Source of the DNA: an uncultured Gammaproteobacteria bacterium
GTDB taxonomy: Bacteria > Patescibacteriota > Microgenomatia > Daviesbacterales > UBA10151
Length of the DNA: 64,000 bases
Assembly (NCBI GenBank): GCA_964547465.1
Contig: CAZJNI010000005.1
Location: 7,020-71,019 of the forward strand
Reading direction: 5' to 3'
Made by a program: the position numbers and the translations under genes. Shown here in pieces: positions 38,657 to 47,823 of this stretch. The notes under the pieces were generated by a model, which saw nothing but the letters and a program-made list of their open reading frames with translations, had not been told where the DNA came from and made no database searches. The first letter of the stretch is position 1. Each line of letters begins with the position of its first letter.

Positions 38657-38829
38657 TCTTGCATTGGAACAAAGGGCGTTAAACGATGAGTGTTTTGGCA
38701 GCAGGGGGAAACGACAACTGAACAATTAGTGAATTGTCGAGGGGGTAAGCCCCCGCTAGACAAAACACGAAGAGTAGCCCGACTTCCCTGCAAGAAACTT
38801 TTGTCACACTTTTGGTTACAAAAGTGTGA
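38657..38829 (+). ncRNA. Structured ~175-nt element, copy 1 (RNA or ssDNA; family not recognised)
   Basis: Six stems with compensatory changes relative to the copy at 45647-45821. Confidence 0.7.
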
Positions 38830-38843
38830 AGAAAAAATGACAA

Positions 38844-39998
38844 TTACAAAATCTTTCCATCCTCTACTTTTAAAATCCTGCTGGAATCTAAAAATTCCTG
38901 TGGGATGTTTTCTAGCTCTACTGTGGCAATTATGGTTTGTTGTTTAGAAACTATCTCCACCACATGAGCTCTATGATTTGCATCTAATTCTGAAAATACA
39001 TCATCAAGCAGTAAAATTGGCCTTTGATTTAATATTTTGGCCATATATTCCAGCTGGGCCAATTTAAAAGCCAAAGTGGCTGTTCTTTGTTCACCTCTGG
39101 AACCAAAATGTGCCAAATCACGTCCACCCCCACCGTCATTGCGAGGTCCGACATTCTGTCGGACCGTGGCAATCTTTACTGAATCAAGATTCCTACGCTC
39201 GCTTCGCTCGCTCGGAATGACATCTTGATATAGGATGACACGAAAATCATCCCTGTGGGGACCAATTAAAGTTTGGGCAGCAGCCACTTCCCTGCCATTT
39301 GTTTCTTTTAATTTCTCCACTGAAATTGGGCTTTGTTTGTATTCAAACTTAAACTCACCTAAAGGAGTTTCTAAACTATTAATAAAATTAAAAAAATCTT
39401 CACGCTTTACCCTTACCCCTTCACCCTGTTTGACTAATTCATCTGTCCAGTATTCCAGCTCATCCAGCCTTCCATGTCCTTCCCTAATTTTTTTTAACAC
39501 CCTATTTCTGGAAGTTAAAAATGCCTCATATTGAGTCAGAGTTTTTTTATAAACAGAATCAATCTGGGCTAAACCTAAATCCAAATGCCACCTCCTTAAA
39601 GATGGCGGACCTGTCACCATATTTATATCAGATGGATAAAAAATCACAGCCGGTAAATTTCCTATAAAATCAACTACTTTTCTGGAAATACCATTAACCA
39701 AGACTTTCTTTTTAAAATTCACATCTTTATTAGGTCTATTTAGAATTACCAAAAGTTCAGTCTCTCCTCCATCCACAACAAACCCTTCAACTTTGGCAAA
39801 TTCCTTACCTGTCTTTATTAACTCATCCTCCTGTTCTACCCTTTGAGATTTAGAAGTAGACAGTAAATATACTGCCTCTAAAATATTGGATTTACCTGCA
39901 GCATTATTGCCTACAAAAATAGTGGGACGAGCATCAAAAGTGAGTTCTAAATTAGGGTAGTTTCTAAAGTTTGTAAGATTTAGGCTTTTAAGATGCAT
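38844..39998 (-). CDS. recF: DNA replication/repair protein RecF
   Basis: NFRNY; GNNAAGKSNILEA; GPHRDD; SRGEQR; LLLDDVFSELD. Confidence 0.95.
   Translation of the reverse strand: MHLKSLNLTNFRNYPNLELTFDARPTIFVGNNAAGKSNILEAVYLLSTSKSQRVEQEDELIKTGKEFAKVEGFVVDGGETELLVILNRPNKDVNFKKKVLVNGISRKVVDFIGNLPAVIFYPSDINMVTGPPSLRRWHLDLGLAQIDSVYKKTLTQYEAFLTSRNRVLKKIREGHGRLDELEYWTDELVKQGEGVRVKREDFFNFINSLETPLGEFKFEYKQSPISVEKLKETNGREVAAAQTLIGPHRDDFRVILYQDVIPSERSERRNLDSVKIATVRQNVGPRNDGGGGRDLAHFGSRGEQRTATLAFKLAQLEYMAKILNQRPILLLDDVFSELDANHRAHVVEIVSKQQTIIATVELENIPQEFLDSSRILKVEDGKIL
39135..39221. repeat. GTCA palindromic doublet in frame in recF
   Basis: Between GPHRDD and SRGEQR; encodes VIPSERSERRNLDSVKIATVRQNVGPRND. 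Confidence 0.9.
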
Positions 39999-40014
39999 GA
40001 AGGGAATATTACAG

Positions 40015-40109
40015 GTTCAAAGTGCAAAATGCAAAGTGAAAAGTGATTGTCTTTTTCTTTTCAGAAAACTTTTAATTTTTAACTTTAAACTTTTAACTTT
40101 TAACTTTTA
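40015..40109. repeat. Inverted pair of 7-bp tandem arrays
   Basis: gttcaaa gtgcaaa atgcaaa gtgaaaa ... (aactttt)n. Confidence 0.65.
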
Positions 40110-41473
40110 TTCTCCCAATGTCCAAATCCCAAAAACTCTCTAATGTGTGCGGGCAGGAATTTTTCTGAAAAAAACAGGCTGGGTTTTAAACCAAAAATCC
40201 CTATTAAAGTAATCATTACCCCAACACCCATAAGTATCGGCGTTACACCAAATAAATCTGCAAAAATACCTGCCAATAGTACCGGGACTAAAGATAATGC
40301 TGACATGGCAGCCCCCAGTGTTGCAAAAACTTTTCCTCTATCTTCATCGGGGGTATTTTCCTGCAACACTGTTTGAGATGGTACCAAAATTGAAACCATT
40401 GCAAGTCCTAAAAGGAAAGATGAAACTATAAATAATATAGATAAAGGTGGCTGGTAAAAAAATGGTAACGGTCTTGGGATTTTAAAATAACTTATGGCCG
40501 GGAATACCACCGGGGCGATAGCCATAAATAAAAATATTAATCCTCCTAAAAGAATCCCTTTACCAACAACTACCCTTTTTATCAGAGTTGAACCGAGTTT
40601 TCCCAAAATAATTCCACCTAATACAATCCCCAACCCTAACGGAATAACTAATATGTAGGAAGCATTAGTAGCTTCAATATGCAATGATCTCTCTAAAAAA
40701 GCAGGCAGCAGCACTGCTAAAACTCCGATCACAACTTGTACTCCTGCCAGGATTGCAATTGATGTCAAAACAGGCAATTTTCCCCTGATCAGCCTTAGAG
40801 TTTGTAGAATCTCATTCATACCTATCTCCTTAACATCTGAATATTTTTTATATTTTAGTGCATGAAGAAGTTTTCTTCCCTGCTCATCAGGTTTCGCGAG
40901 AATTTTGGGAAATGTATAAGCTAAAACAAAACCTAAAGTCAATATTGCTGCTCCAAAACCAAAGATAAAATCTATTCCTAATAAAGAAATAACCAACCCG
41001 GCCAGGCCAAAGCCTATAAGGAAACATGAATATAAAGTTACGGAAAAAATCGAATTGGCTGTTAAAAGTTGTTCTCTTTTGACAATCAAGGGTATGGCTG
41101 ATGCCTCTGTTGGTAAATAGAATTGCCCCAGAGAATTAACCAAAAATGCGATCAGAAGTACTGCCGGATAATACCCTTTTAAAGAAATAAGGCTCAAAAA
41201 TAAAATTGCTAGACTAATATTAATTACCAGTATAATTTTTTTGCGATCCATTAAATCAACCAGTACTCCGGAAAATAAACTGAAAAAAACACCAGGTAAG
41301 TAAACTACAGCCATTAAGGTTGCCACAGCTGTATTAGAATTGGTTAATTTAAAAACCCAAATGATCAGAGCAAAATTTAGGGCATTATAGGAAAGCTGGA
41401 CAATAATTTGGTTTATCCAAAGGTTTAAAAATCCCCGGTTTTGAAAAACCGAGGTAAAGGTCTGTTTCTCCAT
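40100..41473 (-). CDS. MFS transporter (DHA3-like)
   Basis: About 12 TMs; GVLVDLMDRKK; QENTP...RGKVF. Confidence 0.88.
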   Translation of the reverse strand: MEKQTFTSVFQNRGFLNLWINQIIVQLSYNALNFALIIWVFKLTNSNTAVATLMAVVYLPGVFFSLFSGVLVDLMDRKKIILVINISLAILFLSLISLKGYYPAVLLIAFLVNSLGQFYLPTEASAIPLIVKREQLLTANSIFSVTLYSCFLIGFGLAGLVISLLGIDFIFGFGAAILTLGFVLAYTFPKILAKPDEQGRKLLHALKYKKYSDVKEIGMNEILQTLRLIRGKLPVLTSIAILAGVQVVIGVLAVLLPAFLERSLHIEATNASYILVIPLGLGIVLGGIILGKLGSTLIKRVVVGKGILLGGLIFLFMAIAPVVFPAISYFKIPRPLPFFYQPPLSILFIVSSFLLGLAMVSILVPSQTVLQENTPDEDRGKVFATLGAAMSALSLVPVLLAGIFADLFGVTPILMGVGVMITLIGIFGLKPSLFFSEKFLPAHIREFLGFGHWENKS

Positions 41474-41491
41474 ACAACTTTAGTATTATAC

Positions 41492-42409
41492 TCATTTTTG
41501 ACAATTTGGGCAAAAATATGTGCCGCGGCCCCCAAGAGTAATCTTTTTAATTTCGCTGCCATCTCTGGGGCAAGGCTTTCCATTTTTCCAATACACTTTA
41601 GCATAATCCAGGAAGTAGCCTTTTCTACCTTCAGAATCTACAAAATGTGCTCTGGTTGCTCCTCCATATTTGATCCCATTTTTGATCACCCTGATCACCC
41701 CTTTGTGTATTGCTTTAAATTCCCTATCCCCCATATCTCCCACTTTAGTCCTGGGATCTAATTTAGCATCAAAACAAGCTTCATTGGAGTAAATATTTCC
41801 TACTCCCGCAACAACTTGCTGATCCATCAAAGCCACTTTTACAGGCATGGATTTGTGCTTCAGTAAATTAGTCTTCAGAACTTGCCAAGTAAAACTTTTC
41901 TCCAGTGGTTCTGGCCCCAAATTCCCCAAATTTCCCCAATCTCCCTTAATTACTCGGATCCAGCCAAAACGCCGCTGGTCATTAAAATATAAATGTGAAC
42001 CGTCAGAAAAAGAAAAAATTACTCTGGTATGTGAATTCGGTAACGGTCCAACCATATCTTCTGTTGGGTGTCCACCGACAAAACGGGTTCCATCTTCATA
42101 GATTATTTGTCCTGTCATTTTAAGATGAAATAGCAAAGTAACATCCTTGTCATTGCGAGGAGACGCAGTCGACGAAGCAATCTGTTTTAGTAGATTGCCA
42201 CGCCCCTTCGGGGCTCGCAATGACGGGGTTAGGTCTATGCCTAATATTTTGGCTCTTCTCCAGATATTGAGTACTTTTTTACCCTGGGCCAAATTAGGAT
42301 TTCCAATGAAAGATTTGGCAGATAAAACCTGGATTTTGGTAATTTTTAACCCAATAATTTTCTTTTGCAACCCTAACTTAATTGTCTCAACTTCTGGCAA
42401 CTCCGGCAT
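41492..42409 (-). CDS. mutM: Formamidopyrimidine-DNA glycosylase
   Basis: MPELPEVET; HLKMTG; AGVGNIY; RGTYFCPNCQ. Confidence 0.96.
   Translation of the reverse strand: MPELPEVETIKLGLQKKIIGLKITKIQVLSAKSFIGNPNLAQGKKVLNIWRRAKILGIDLTPSLRAPKGRGNLLKQIASSTASPRNDKDVTLLFHLKMTGQIIYEDGTRFVGGHPTEDMVGPLPNSHTRVIFSFSDGSHLYFNDQRRFGWIRVIKGDWGNLGNLGPEPLEKSFTWQVLKTNLLKHKSMPVKVALMDQQVVAGVGNIYSNEACFDAKLDPRTKVGDMGDREFKAIHKGVIRVIKNGIKYGGATRAHFVDSEGRKGYFLDYAKVYWKNGKPCPRDGSEIKKITLGGRGTYFCPNCQK
42149..42224. repeat. GTCA palindromic doublet in frame in mutM
   Basis: Right half is the exact 33-bp reverse complement of the left half at 13726. Confidence 0.9.
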
Positions 42410-42428
42410 GAAGTTATTCTAGCAGGAT

Positions 42429-43442
42429 TTAAGAAGATTTACCTGCCCGGGCAGGAAGGCCCTGGCGGGCTAAAGAGGCTGATTTGCATCTTTTATAAAA
42501 TTCATCCTGGGATGCTTTAATATTTTCCTCTTTACCTGCCCAGATTTTCATGGGAGCATTCTGCAATCCTCTGGAATAGGAAAAAGTCAGCGGCCAGGGC
42601 CCCCCGATTTTGCTAATTTCTAAAAGATTTTCTATGGATGCTTCATCAGATTGTCCGCCGGATAAAAATGCTATTCCCCCCGCTTCCGGAGGAACTGACT
42701 GCTTTAGTGCATCAACGCTCATTTTTGCCACAGTTTTTGAATCAGCTTGAACAGAACAATCTTTGCCGGATAAAACCATGCTGGGCTTTAAAATCATACC
42801 TTCTAATACTCCTTTATGCGCCTTAATCCTTTCAAAAACCTTTTTTAAGGTTCTGATTTGAGCTTCAAAACACTGCTCAATAGTATGATTCCCGTCAAGT
42901 AATACCTCCGGCTCCACAATTGGCACAATATCAGCCTCCTGACAAAGCGTGGCATAACGGGCTAAAACCTCTGCATTTGCCTCAATACAGGTATCTGTAG
43001 GGATTCCATCCCCTATTGCAATTGTGGCCCTGAATTTGGCAAACTTTGCACCCAGATCCTTATACTCTACTAACCTGTCTCTTAACCCATCCAATCCTTC
43101 TGCTACTTTTTCTCCTGGAAAATTAGGCAAATCATGAACTCCTTTATCTACTTTTATTCCGGGAATAATACCTTTACCTGCTAAAAGTTTGGGTATAGCT
43201 ATACCATCAGTTGTTTTTTGTCTTAGTGTTTCATCAAATAAAATTACCCCTGATAAAAACTCTTCAACACCGGGAGTGGTAAAAAGCATCTGTCTGTAAG
43301 CTAACCTGTTTTCTTCTGTACACTCAATCCCCAGAACATCAAATCTTTTTTGGATAGTTTTGGTAGATTCATCTGCTGCCAGAAGCCCTTTGGGGGATGT
43401 CATCATGGCTTGAGCTGTTTGTTTAAGAGTTATTATATCCAT
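42429..43442 (-). CDS. Fructose-bisphosphate aldolase class I
   Basis: KGLLAADES; GIKVDKG; VPIVEPEV; FLSGGQS; FSYSRGLQ. Confidence 0.93.
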   Translation of the reverse strand: MDIITLKQTAQAMMTSPKGLLAADESTKTIQKRFDVLGIECTEENRLAYRQMLFTTPGVEEFLSGVILFDETLRQKTTDGIAIPKLLAGKGIIPGIKVDKGVHDLPNFPGEKVAEGLDGLRDRLVEYKDLGAKFAKFRATIAIGDGIPTDTCIEANAEVLARYATLCQEADIVPIVEPEVLLDGNHTIEQCFEAQIRTLKKVFERIKAHKGVLEGMILKPSMVLSGKDCSVQADSKTVAKMSVDALKQSVPPEAGGIAFLSGGQSDEASIENLLEISKIGGPWPLTFSYSRGLQNAPMKIWAGKEENIKASQDEFYKRCKSASLARQGLPARAGKSS

Positions 43443-43453
43443 TCTTTCTCTCT

Positions 43454-43554
43454 GTCATTGCGAGCGAACTTTAGTTCGCGTGGCAATCTAATTCATGAAT
43501 AAGATTGCTTCGTCACTCGAAAGTCGTCTAGACTTTCTCCCTCCTCGCAATGAC
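43454..43554. repeat. GTCA palindromic doublet, intergenic
   Basis: gtcattgcgag cgaact-tt-agttcg cgtggcaatc...gattgcttcg...ctcgcaatgac. Confidence 0.9.
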
Positions 43555-43556
43555 GG

Positions 43557-44549
43557 TTAGTGGTGAACCGTGTTATTTATCTTTACACCAGCAGAGTCAA
43601 CTGTCAAGGTGGTCACCTTACTTTCCCCTTTCCCCTTTCCCCTTTCCCCTTTTAAATCAAACCATTTATTCTCATCCGTAATTGCAGAAATAGACACCAA
43701 ACAATCCGAAAGTTTTCCGGAAACCAGATCATCAACGCTCCATACTTTTTCATATCTTTTAGCTATTTCAGGATCTGGCGTCCAACCCCTTGCTTCAACA
43801 AAAGCTCCCAAAGCTTTTCCTGCAACAGCAGCCATCACCCCTTCCTCAAATCCCCCGGAACCCATAATCAGGTGTAGTCCTTTCTTATGTTTTTTGGGAT
43901 CCAAAAATGCCAGAATTGAAGGCATAAAATCCCCGGCTTTAATTAAAATTAAATTCACCCCGAATTTCTGGCAGGCATTAATATAGTGGGCATTTCTATC
44001 CCGCTCCATTATTACCACATTAATCTCATGAGGTTCTATTTTGAAAGTATCCACTACTTCTGCTAAATTTTCTTCCACACTATTTTCCATAGACAGCTTT
44101 CCCTTAAGTTGGGGCGGGCCGAACAGCTTATCCATATAATCAATGTCGTCAGGTGTTGCCATTAAGCCTTTATGAGTTGATACAGCAATCACAGAAACAG
44201 CTCCTGGGGAATTTAGCTTGGCAGCTTTTGACCCTTCTACCACATCATTAACCATATCCAGTTTAGGTTCTCCGGATCCGAATGTACCCATCAGGGTAGG
44301 CAGCGCTTCTCCATATTGATGAATATGTTTTCTGCCTTCTGATCCGACAATTTCTAAAGTAAACGGGATATCTGTCAATGCCGTTGCCATGGCATCCACT
44401 CCGGCCTGATCTATCAGCTTTTCGCGGGCTTTAGATTCTTCCTCCTCCAATAAATCATTTGGGGTAAACCCTCTTTCTTTAATTAGTTTGGAAACAGAAA
44501 TAGCAGTAAGTTCAGTTGCGCGGGTTATATGTTTCTTAACAGAATCCAT
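43557..44549 (-). CDS. glpX: Fructose-1,6-bisphosphatase class II (divergent)
   Basis: D.A.VDAM; VGSEG; D.VEG; YMDKL; R.R; G.GG..EGV.AA. Confidence 0.75.
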   Translation of the reverse strand: MDSVKKHITRATELTAISVSKLIKERGFTPNDLLEEEESKAREKLIDQAGVDAMATALTDIPFTLEIVGSEGRKHIHQYGEALPTLMGTFGSGEPKLDMVNDVVEGSKAAKLNSPGAVSVIAVSTHKGLMATPDDIDYMDKLFGPPQLKGKLSMENSVEENLAEVVDTFKIEPHEINVVIMERDRNAHYINACQKFGVNLILIKAGDFMPSILAFLDPKKHKKGLHLIMGSGGFEEGVMAAVAGKALGAFVEARGWTPDPEIAKRYEKVWSVDDLVSGKLSDCLVSISAITDENKWFDLKGERGKGKGESKVTTLTVDSAGVKINNTVHH

Positions 44550-44593
44550 GAGGTAGAAGTTACACTATCGTAAGTTTTGTTCTCTGTCAATTA

Positions 44594-45358
44594 CTAAACC
44601 TGTTGTCGCTTTGGCCTGAGTCCTGTATCTTCCAGGATTTTATCTTTCTGGACATAGAAATCAGTCAACGCTTGATAATGTTGCTGCTCCCTACCACATC
44701 CAGCACAACGGAATACAGGTATCTGCTCAAAAGTCATGTGTACTGTTGCATCTTTGCCTCCCCGCATCTGTTCTGTATTATCAAAACGCTGAAATGGAGC
44801 GGAAGATTGACATTCTTCATCTAGACAAGTCACTTGTAAATTTCGATACGCCTCAGCGTTATCAGGAACTAGGGTGTAACTTCGTAAGTTGGGCGACCAA
44901 CCCGGAGGAATTAATACCACGCTCGTAGCTTCTTTATTAAGTAAACCTAAATACTTGGTTCTAGCAGCTTCAGGATACTGACCTACAATTCCATCTAATG
45001 AAGAAGCAGGTACATAATCAAGCTCTACTCCTATACCACCAGGACGCAGATATTGCACAATTTGTCGGTCGAAAAGCTGATTGAACTCTCTTTTTTGTTC
45101 TTCTGTCATATTTTGTCCAACATCATTTTGCCCACCCTGTAAAACATGAAATGATAGATATCGTCCTGGATAATCTCTTCTTGCGCTTGTACTTGTACCG
45201 ACAACACCGATATCAACCGCTCCTAAAATATTATTTACTTTTCTACGATAGAAACCTCTGAATAATGCAACATACATATATGCTCTACTTGGGGTAACTT
45301 GATTGTCGGTAAACCATCCTCTTACCTGTTCCAGTGTATTTGGTACCTGCTCAACCAT
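44594..45358 (-). CDS. Hypothetical protein with C-terminal YgiT/MqsA-like zinc ribbon
   Basis: CLDEEC...FEQIPVFRCAGCGRE. Confidence 0.55.
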   Translation of the reverse strand: MVEQVPNTLEQVRGWFTDNQVTPSRAYMYVALFRGFYRRKVNNILGAVDIGVVGTSTSARRDYPGRYLSFHVLQGGQNDVGQNMTEEQKREFNQLFDRQIVQYLRPGGIGVELDYVPASSLDGIVGQYPEAARTKYLGLLNKEATSVVLIPPGWSPNLRSYTLVPDNAEAYRNLQVTCLDEECQSSAPFQRFDNTEQMRGGKDATVHMTFEQIPVFRCAGCGREQQHYQALTDFYVQKDKILEDTGLRPKRQQV

Positions 45359-45377
45359 ACGGAGCGATTATATATCC

Positions 45378-45440
45378 CTACCTCATTATTTGCAAATTTT
45401 TCTCTATTAGCTCCAAAATCTCTTTTTTAAATCTTTCTTT
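45378..45440 (-). repeat. Displaced glycosyltransferase 3'-end copy (KERFKKEILELIEKNLQIMR*)
   Basis: 12 codons with the same amino acids as 47842-47877 and 6 synonymous changes. Confidence 0.9.
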
Positions 45441-45475
45441 AGGGTGTAATAATCTTAATATCTCTCATTGGAAAA

Positions 45476-45625
45476 TCAGATTTGTTGTTTTATATTAAGA
45501 ACACGTTCATAAAGAGCCATACGGATATACCCTGATATACTTTCTCCACTAAGCTTGCGATACTTATCAATATCTTTGCGGAGTCTTTTTGACATTAAAA
45601 CCTCAACTCTCTGCATTCTAGCCAT
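45476..45625 (-). CDS. 49-aa ribbon-helix-helix-like protein (not in ORF track)
   Basis: MARMQRVEVLMSKRLRKDIDKYRKLSGESISGYIRMALYERVLNIKQQI*; CopG-like pattern; TATAAT upstream. Confidence 0.65.
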   Translation of the reverse strand: MARMQRVEVLMSKRLRKDIDKYRKLSGESISGYIRMALYERVLNIKQQI

Positions 45626-45646
45626 ATATTCTTAAATTATATTTCT

Positions 45647-45821
45647 TTTTTGCTTAGAAACAAAGAGCGTTAAACGAGGAAGATTTTGATATCAGGGGGA
45701 ACCGGAAACTGAACGATTAGTGAATTTCCGAGGGGGTGAACCCCCGATCAGCAAAATCTGACGAGTAGCTCGACTTTCCAGCAAAAAGAGTTTTGTGATA
45801 CTTTTGCGGTCAAAAGTATCA
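45647..45821 (+). ncRNA. Structured ~175-nt element, copy 2
   Basis: Colinear with 38657-38829; loops conserved, stems covary. Confidence 0.7.
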
Positions 45822-45838
45822 AATAAGAAATAATTAAT

Positions 45839-45864
45839 GAATCCTGAAATAAATTCAGGATGAC
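45839..45864. repeat. GTCATCC-type half palindrome
   Basis: gaatcctgaaataaattcaggatgac; related to the polA element. Confidence 0.65.
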
Positions 45865-45866
45865 AT

Positions 45867-45920
45867 TTTAGGAAGATTCTCCTATACTAATTCCAAAATT
45901 TCTTTTTTGAATATTTCTTT
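45867..45920 (-). repeat. Displaced glycosyltransferase 3'-end copy (KEIFKKEILELV*ENLPK)
   Basis: Starts at the antitoxin stop codon. Confidence 0.85.
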
Positions 45921-46239
45921 AAATTTGGGCAGATTTGGGGGAATCTAGCGGAATCACTCTTACTTCAACTCTGGCTTTTAATGCCTTGGCAATTTTTTCC
46001 AGAGTCTGCCGGGTATAACTTGTATAATCTGCAGACTCTAATCTGGCGATATTAGACTGCTTAGTTCCTACAAGATCAGCTAATTGCTTTTGAGTTAACC
46101 CAGCTTTTTTTCTTAAATCATAAACTTGATAAGCAATATCAAATGCCTGTCCAGTTTTTTCCATTTCATCCTTCATTTCAGGATGTCTTTTTAATAATTC
46201 TTCTGTATATCTATCTAAATCATCTTTTCTTCTTCTCAT
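45919..46239 (-). CDS. XRE/HigA-like HTH antitoxin
   Basis: LRKKAGLTQKQLA..VGTKQSNIARLES. Confidence 0.85.
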   Translation of the reverse strand: MRRRKDDLDRYTEELLKRHPEMKDEMEKTGQAFDIAYQVYDLRKKAGLTQKQLADLVGTKQSNIARLESADYTSYTRQTLEKIAKALKARVEVRVIPLDSPKSAQI

Positions 46240-46589
46240 GATTCTATCCTCCTTAATTGATTTAATCTCTTTCTTGCTATTTTTAACTCTTTAGTTGGTG
46301 TCTTCTGTTTTTTCTTAATAAAAATGTGCAACAAAATTATTATTTTGCCTTTTTCAAAAGTATACAAAATTCTTAAAATATCTGTACCTGACTTAACTCT
46401 TAACTCCCATAAACCTGGTTCTATATGTTTTGAAAAAGGCTCTTTATGATAAGCTCTGTTTCTTAATCTCTCAATTGCTTCCCTCGCCTGAAATATAAAC
46501 CTAAGATTACTTTTTTCTAATTCCAGTAAAAATTCTTCTATTGGACTCTTATTAGAATTATCTTTATAAAAGTTTACTTCAAATTCCAT
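46236..46589 (-). CDS. RelE/HigB-like toxin
   Basis: LWELRV...RILY...IILLH.F.KK.QKTP..E. Confidence 0.88.
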   Translation of the reverse strand: MEFEVNFYKDNSNKSPIEEFLLELEKSNLRFIFQAREAIERLRNRAYHKEPFSKHIEPGLWELRVKSGTDILRILYTFEKGKIIILLHIFIKKKQKTPTKELKIARKRLNQLRRIES

Positions 46590-46595
46590 CTTAAT

Positions 46596-46613
46596 TATAT
46601 CAAATTTGATATA
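46596..46613. promoter_or_regulatory. 18-bp perfect palindrome, probable TA operator overlapping the -10 box
   Basis: tatatcaaatttgatata. Confidence 0.65.
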
Positions 46614-46617
46614 TAAA

Positions 46618-46665
46618 TCAAGTAGGTAAATTCTCTTTTACCAATTTAAAAATCTTTCTTTTAAA
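46618..46665 (-). repeat. Displaced glycosyltransferase 3'-end copy (FKRKIFKLVKENLPT*)
   Basis: Immediately follows the stop of the SorC-like gene; more diverged than the other two copies. Confidence 0.65.
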
Positions 46666-47814
46666 TTACAATTTTAACAATGCTTCTGCTGTTAGGGCAT
46701 CTGTAACTAATCTATTAACCAAACCTATATTAATGGCGTGCTGAATCTGGAAAGTTTTATGTAATCCTCCAGCAATGACTAGTCTGGCTGGAATTTTTTG
46801 AAAATTTTCTCTGCGCATACCATTAGCATACTGGTTCAATTCCAAGGCTATCCCTCCTAATCTTTCTGCCATTCCCTTCATAACCGGCTCTAAATTTTCT
46901 GGTGGCCGGATAACAAAAATACTATTAAGCGCTTCCAGCAACGGATAATAATATCCGCCAGATTCCTCATCTTTAATACCGGAAAAATCTTCAACTTCAT
47001 GGGTAAGATCAATTAATAGGCTTCTAACCTCTGGGGAAAATCCCCTTCCGTAAAATCTATCTGTCACCATAAAATGTTTCAAGCGCGGAGAAACATTACC
47101 AAGACCAATCACCGCAATATCAGGTATCTTTGTTTCTGGATAATCGCCTTTTTTCCTCAGAAAAGCTGTTCCGGAATTAAGAACTGGCTGATTCCACTTT
47201 CCATTTTCATCAAATGATATTAAGGAGGACAAGTAATAGGCAGCGCTCATAGCAGATACATCCATTCTTTTCCCATCTGGCAATTCATACCGGTGCACTC
47301 CACCACAAAGTGAAATAATTTGGGCAGATTTGTCCAAAAAAGATAGTTTTTCATAAAACTGGGCAAATTGCCTCATTTCTACCCCTCCACCAACGCCGAT
47401 ATTGTCATCTCTTCGCAGTAGACTACGAAAATCACTAGCCGCCATCCTAGCCAAAAATCCATGCAAATAATAATCCCACTTAAAATCATAATCTTCCTCA
47501 CCAGAAACTTGCACAGGCAATTCCCACACTGTAGCTTGTAGATCTAGTTGAGAAAATTTCGCTGCTAATTGTCTTTCTAGCGTAGGTGAATTTCCAACCT
47601 TAAGATATGTTAAATAATCATCAGGTAGCTCAGCATGTATCATTCCCTGATTTCTGGCCAGATTTAAAAGGGCAAAAAAATTAACCCTGCTGACATTTAA
47701 AGTTTTTGCAACATCATCAGCTTTTCTTCCTTCTATAAAATGTAACCGGGCTGCTTGTGCTGCCTGTTCTAACCTATTAAATTCTTTTGCCAAACGTTCT
47801 CGATCACGACTCAT
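46666..47814 (-). CDS. SorC/DeoR-type sugar-binding transcriptional regulator
   Basis: AARLHF.EG....VA..LNVSR...L..AR..G; IAGG..K; LVTD..TA..LL. Confidence 0.7.
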   Translation of the reverse strand: MSRDRERLAKEFNRLEQAAQAARLHFIEGRKADDVAKTLNVSRVNFFALLNLARNQGMIHAELPDDYLTYLKVGNSPTLERQLAAKFSQLDLQATVWELPVQVSGEEDYDFKWDYYLHGFLARMAASDFRSLLRRDDNIGVGGGVEMRQFAQFYEKLSFLDKSAQIISLCGGVHRYELPDGKRMDVSAMSAAYYLSSLISFDENGKWNQPVLNSGTAFLRKKGDYPETKIPDIAVIGLGNVSPRLKHFMVTDRFYGRGFSPEVRSLLIDLTHEVEDFSGIKDEESGGYYYPLLEALNSIFVIRPPENLEPVMKGMAERLGGIALELNQYANGMRRENFQKIPARLVIAGGLHKTFQIQHAINIGLVNRLVTDALTAEALLKL

Positions 47815-47823
47815 AACATGGAA

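Noticed and set aside
38690-38947. 85-aa ORF over the structured element
   Set aside because: It overlaps recF antisense, and the differences between the two copies follow base pairing rather than codons.
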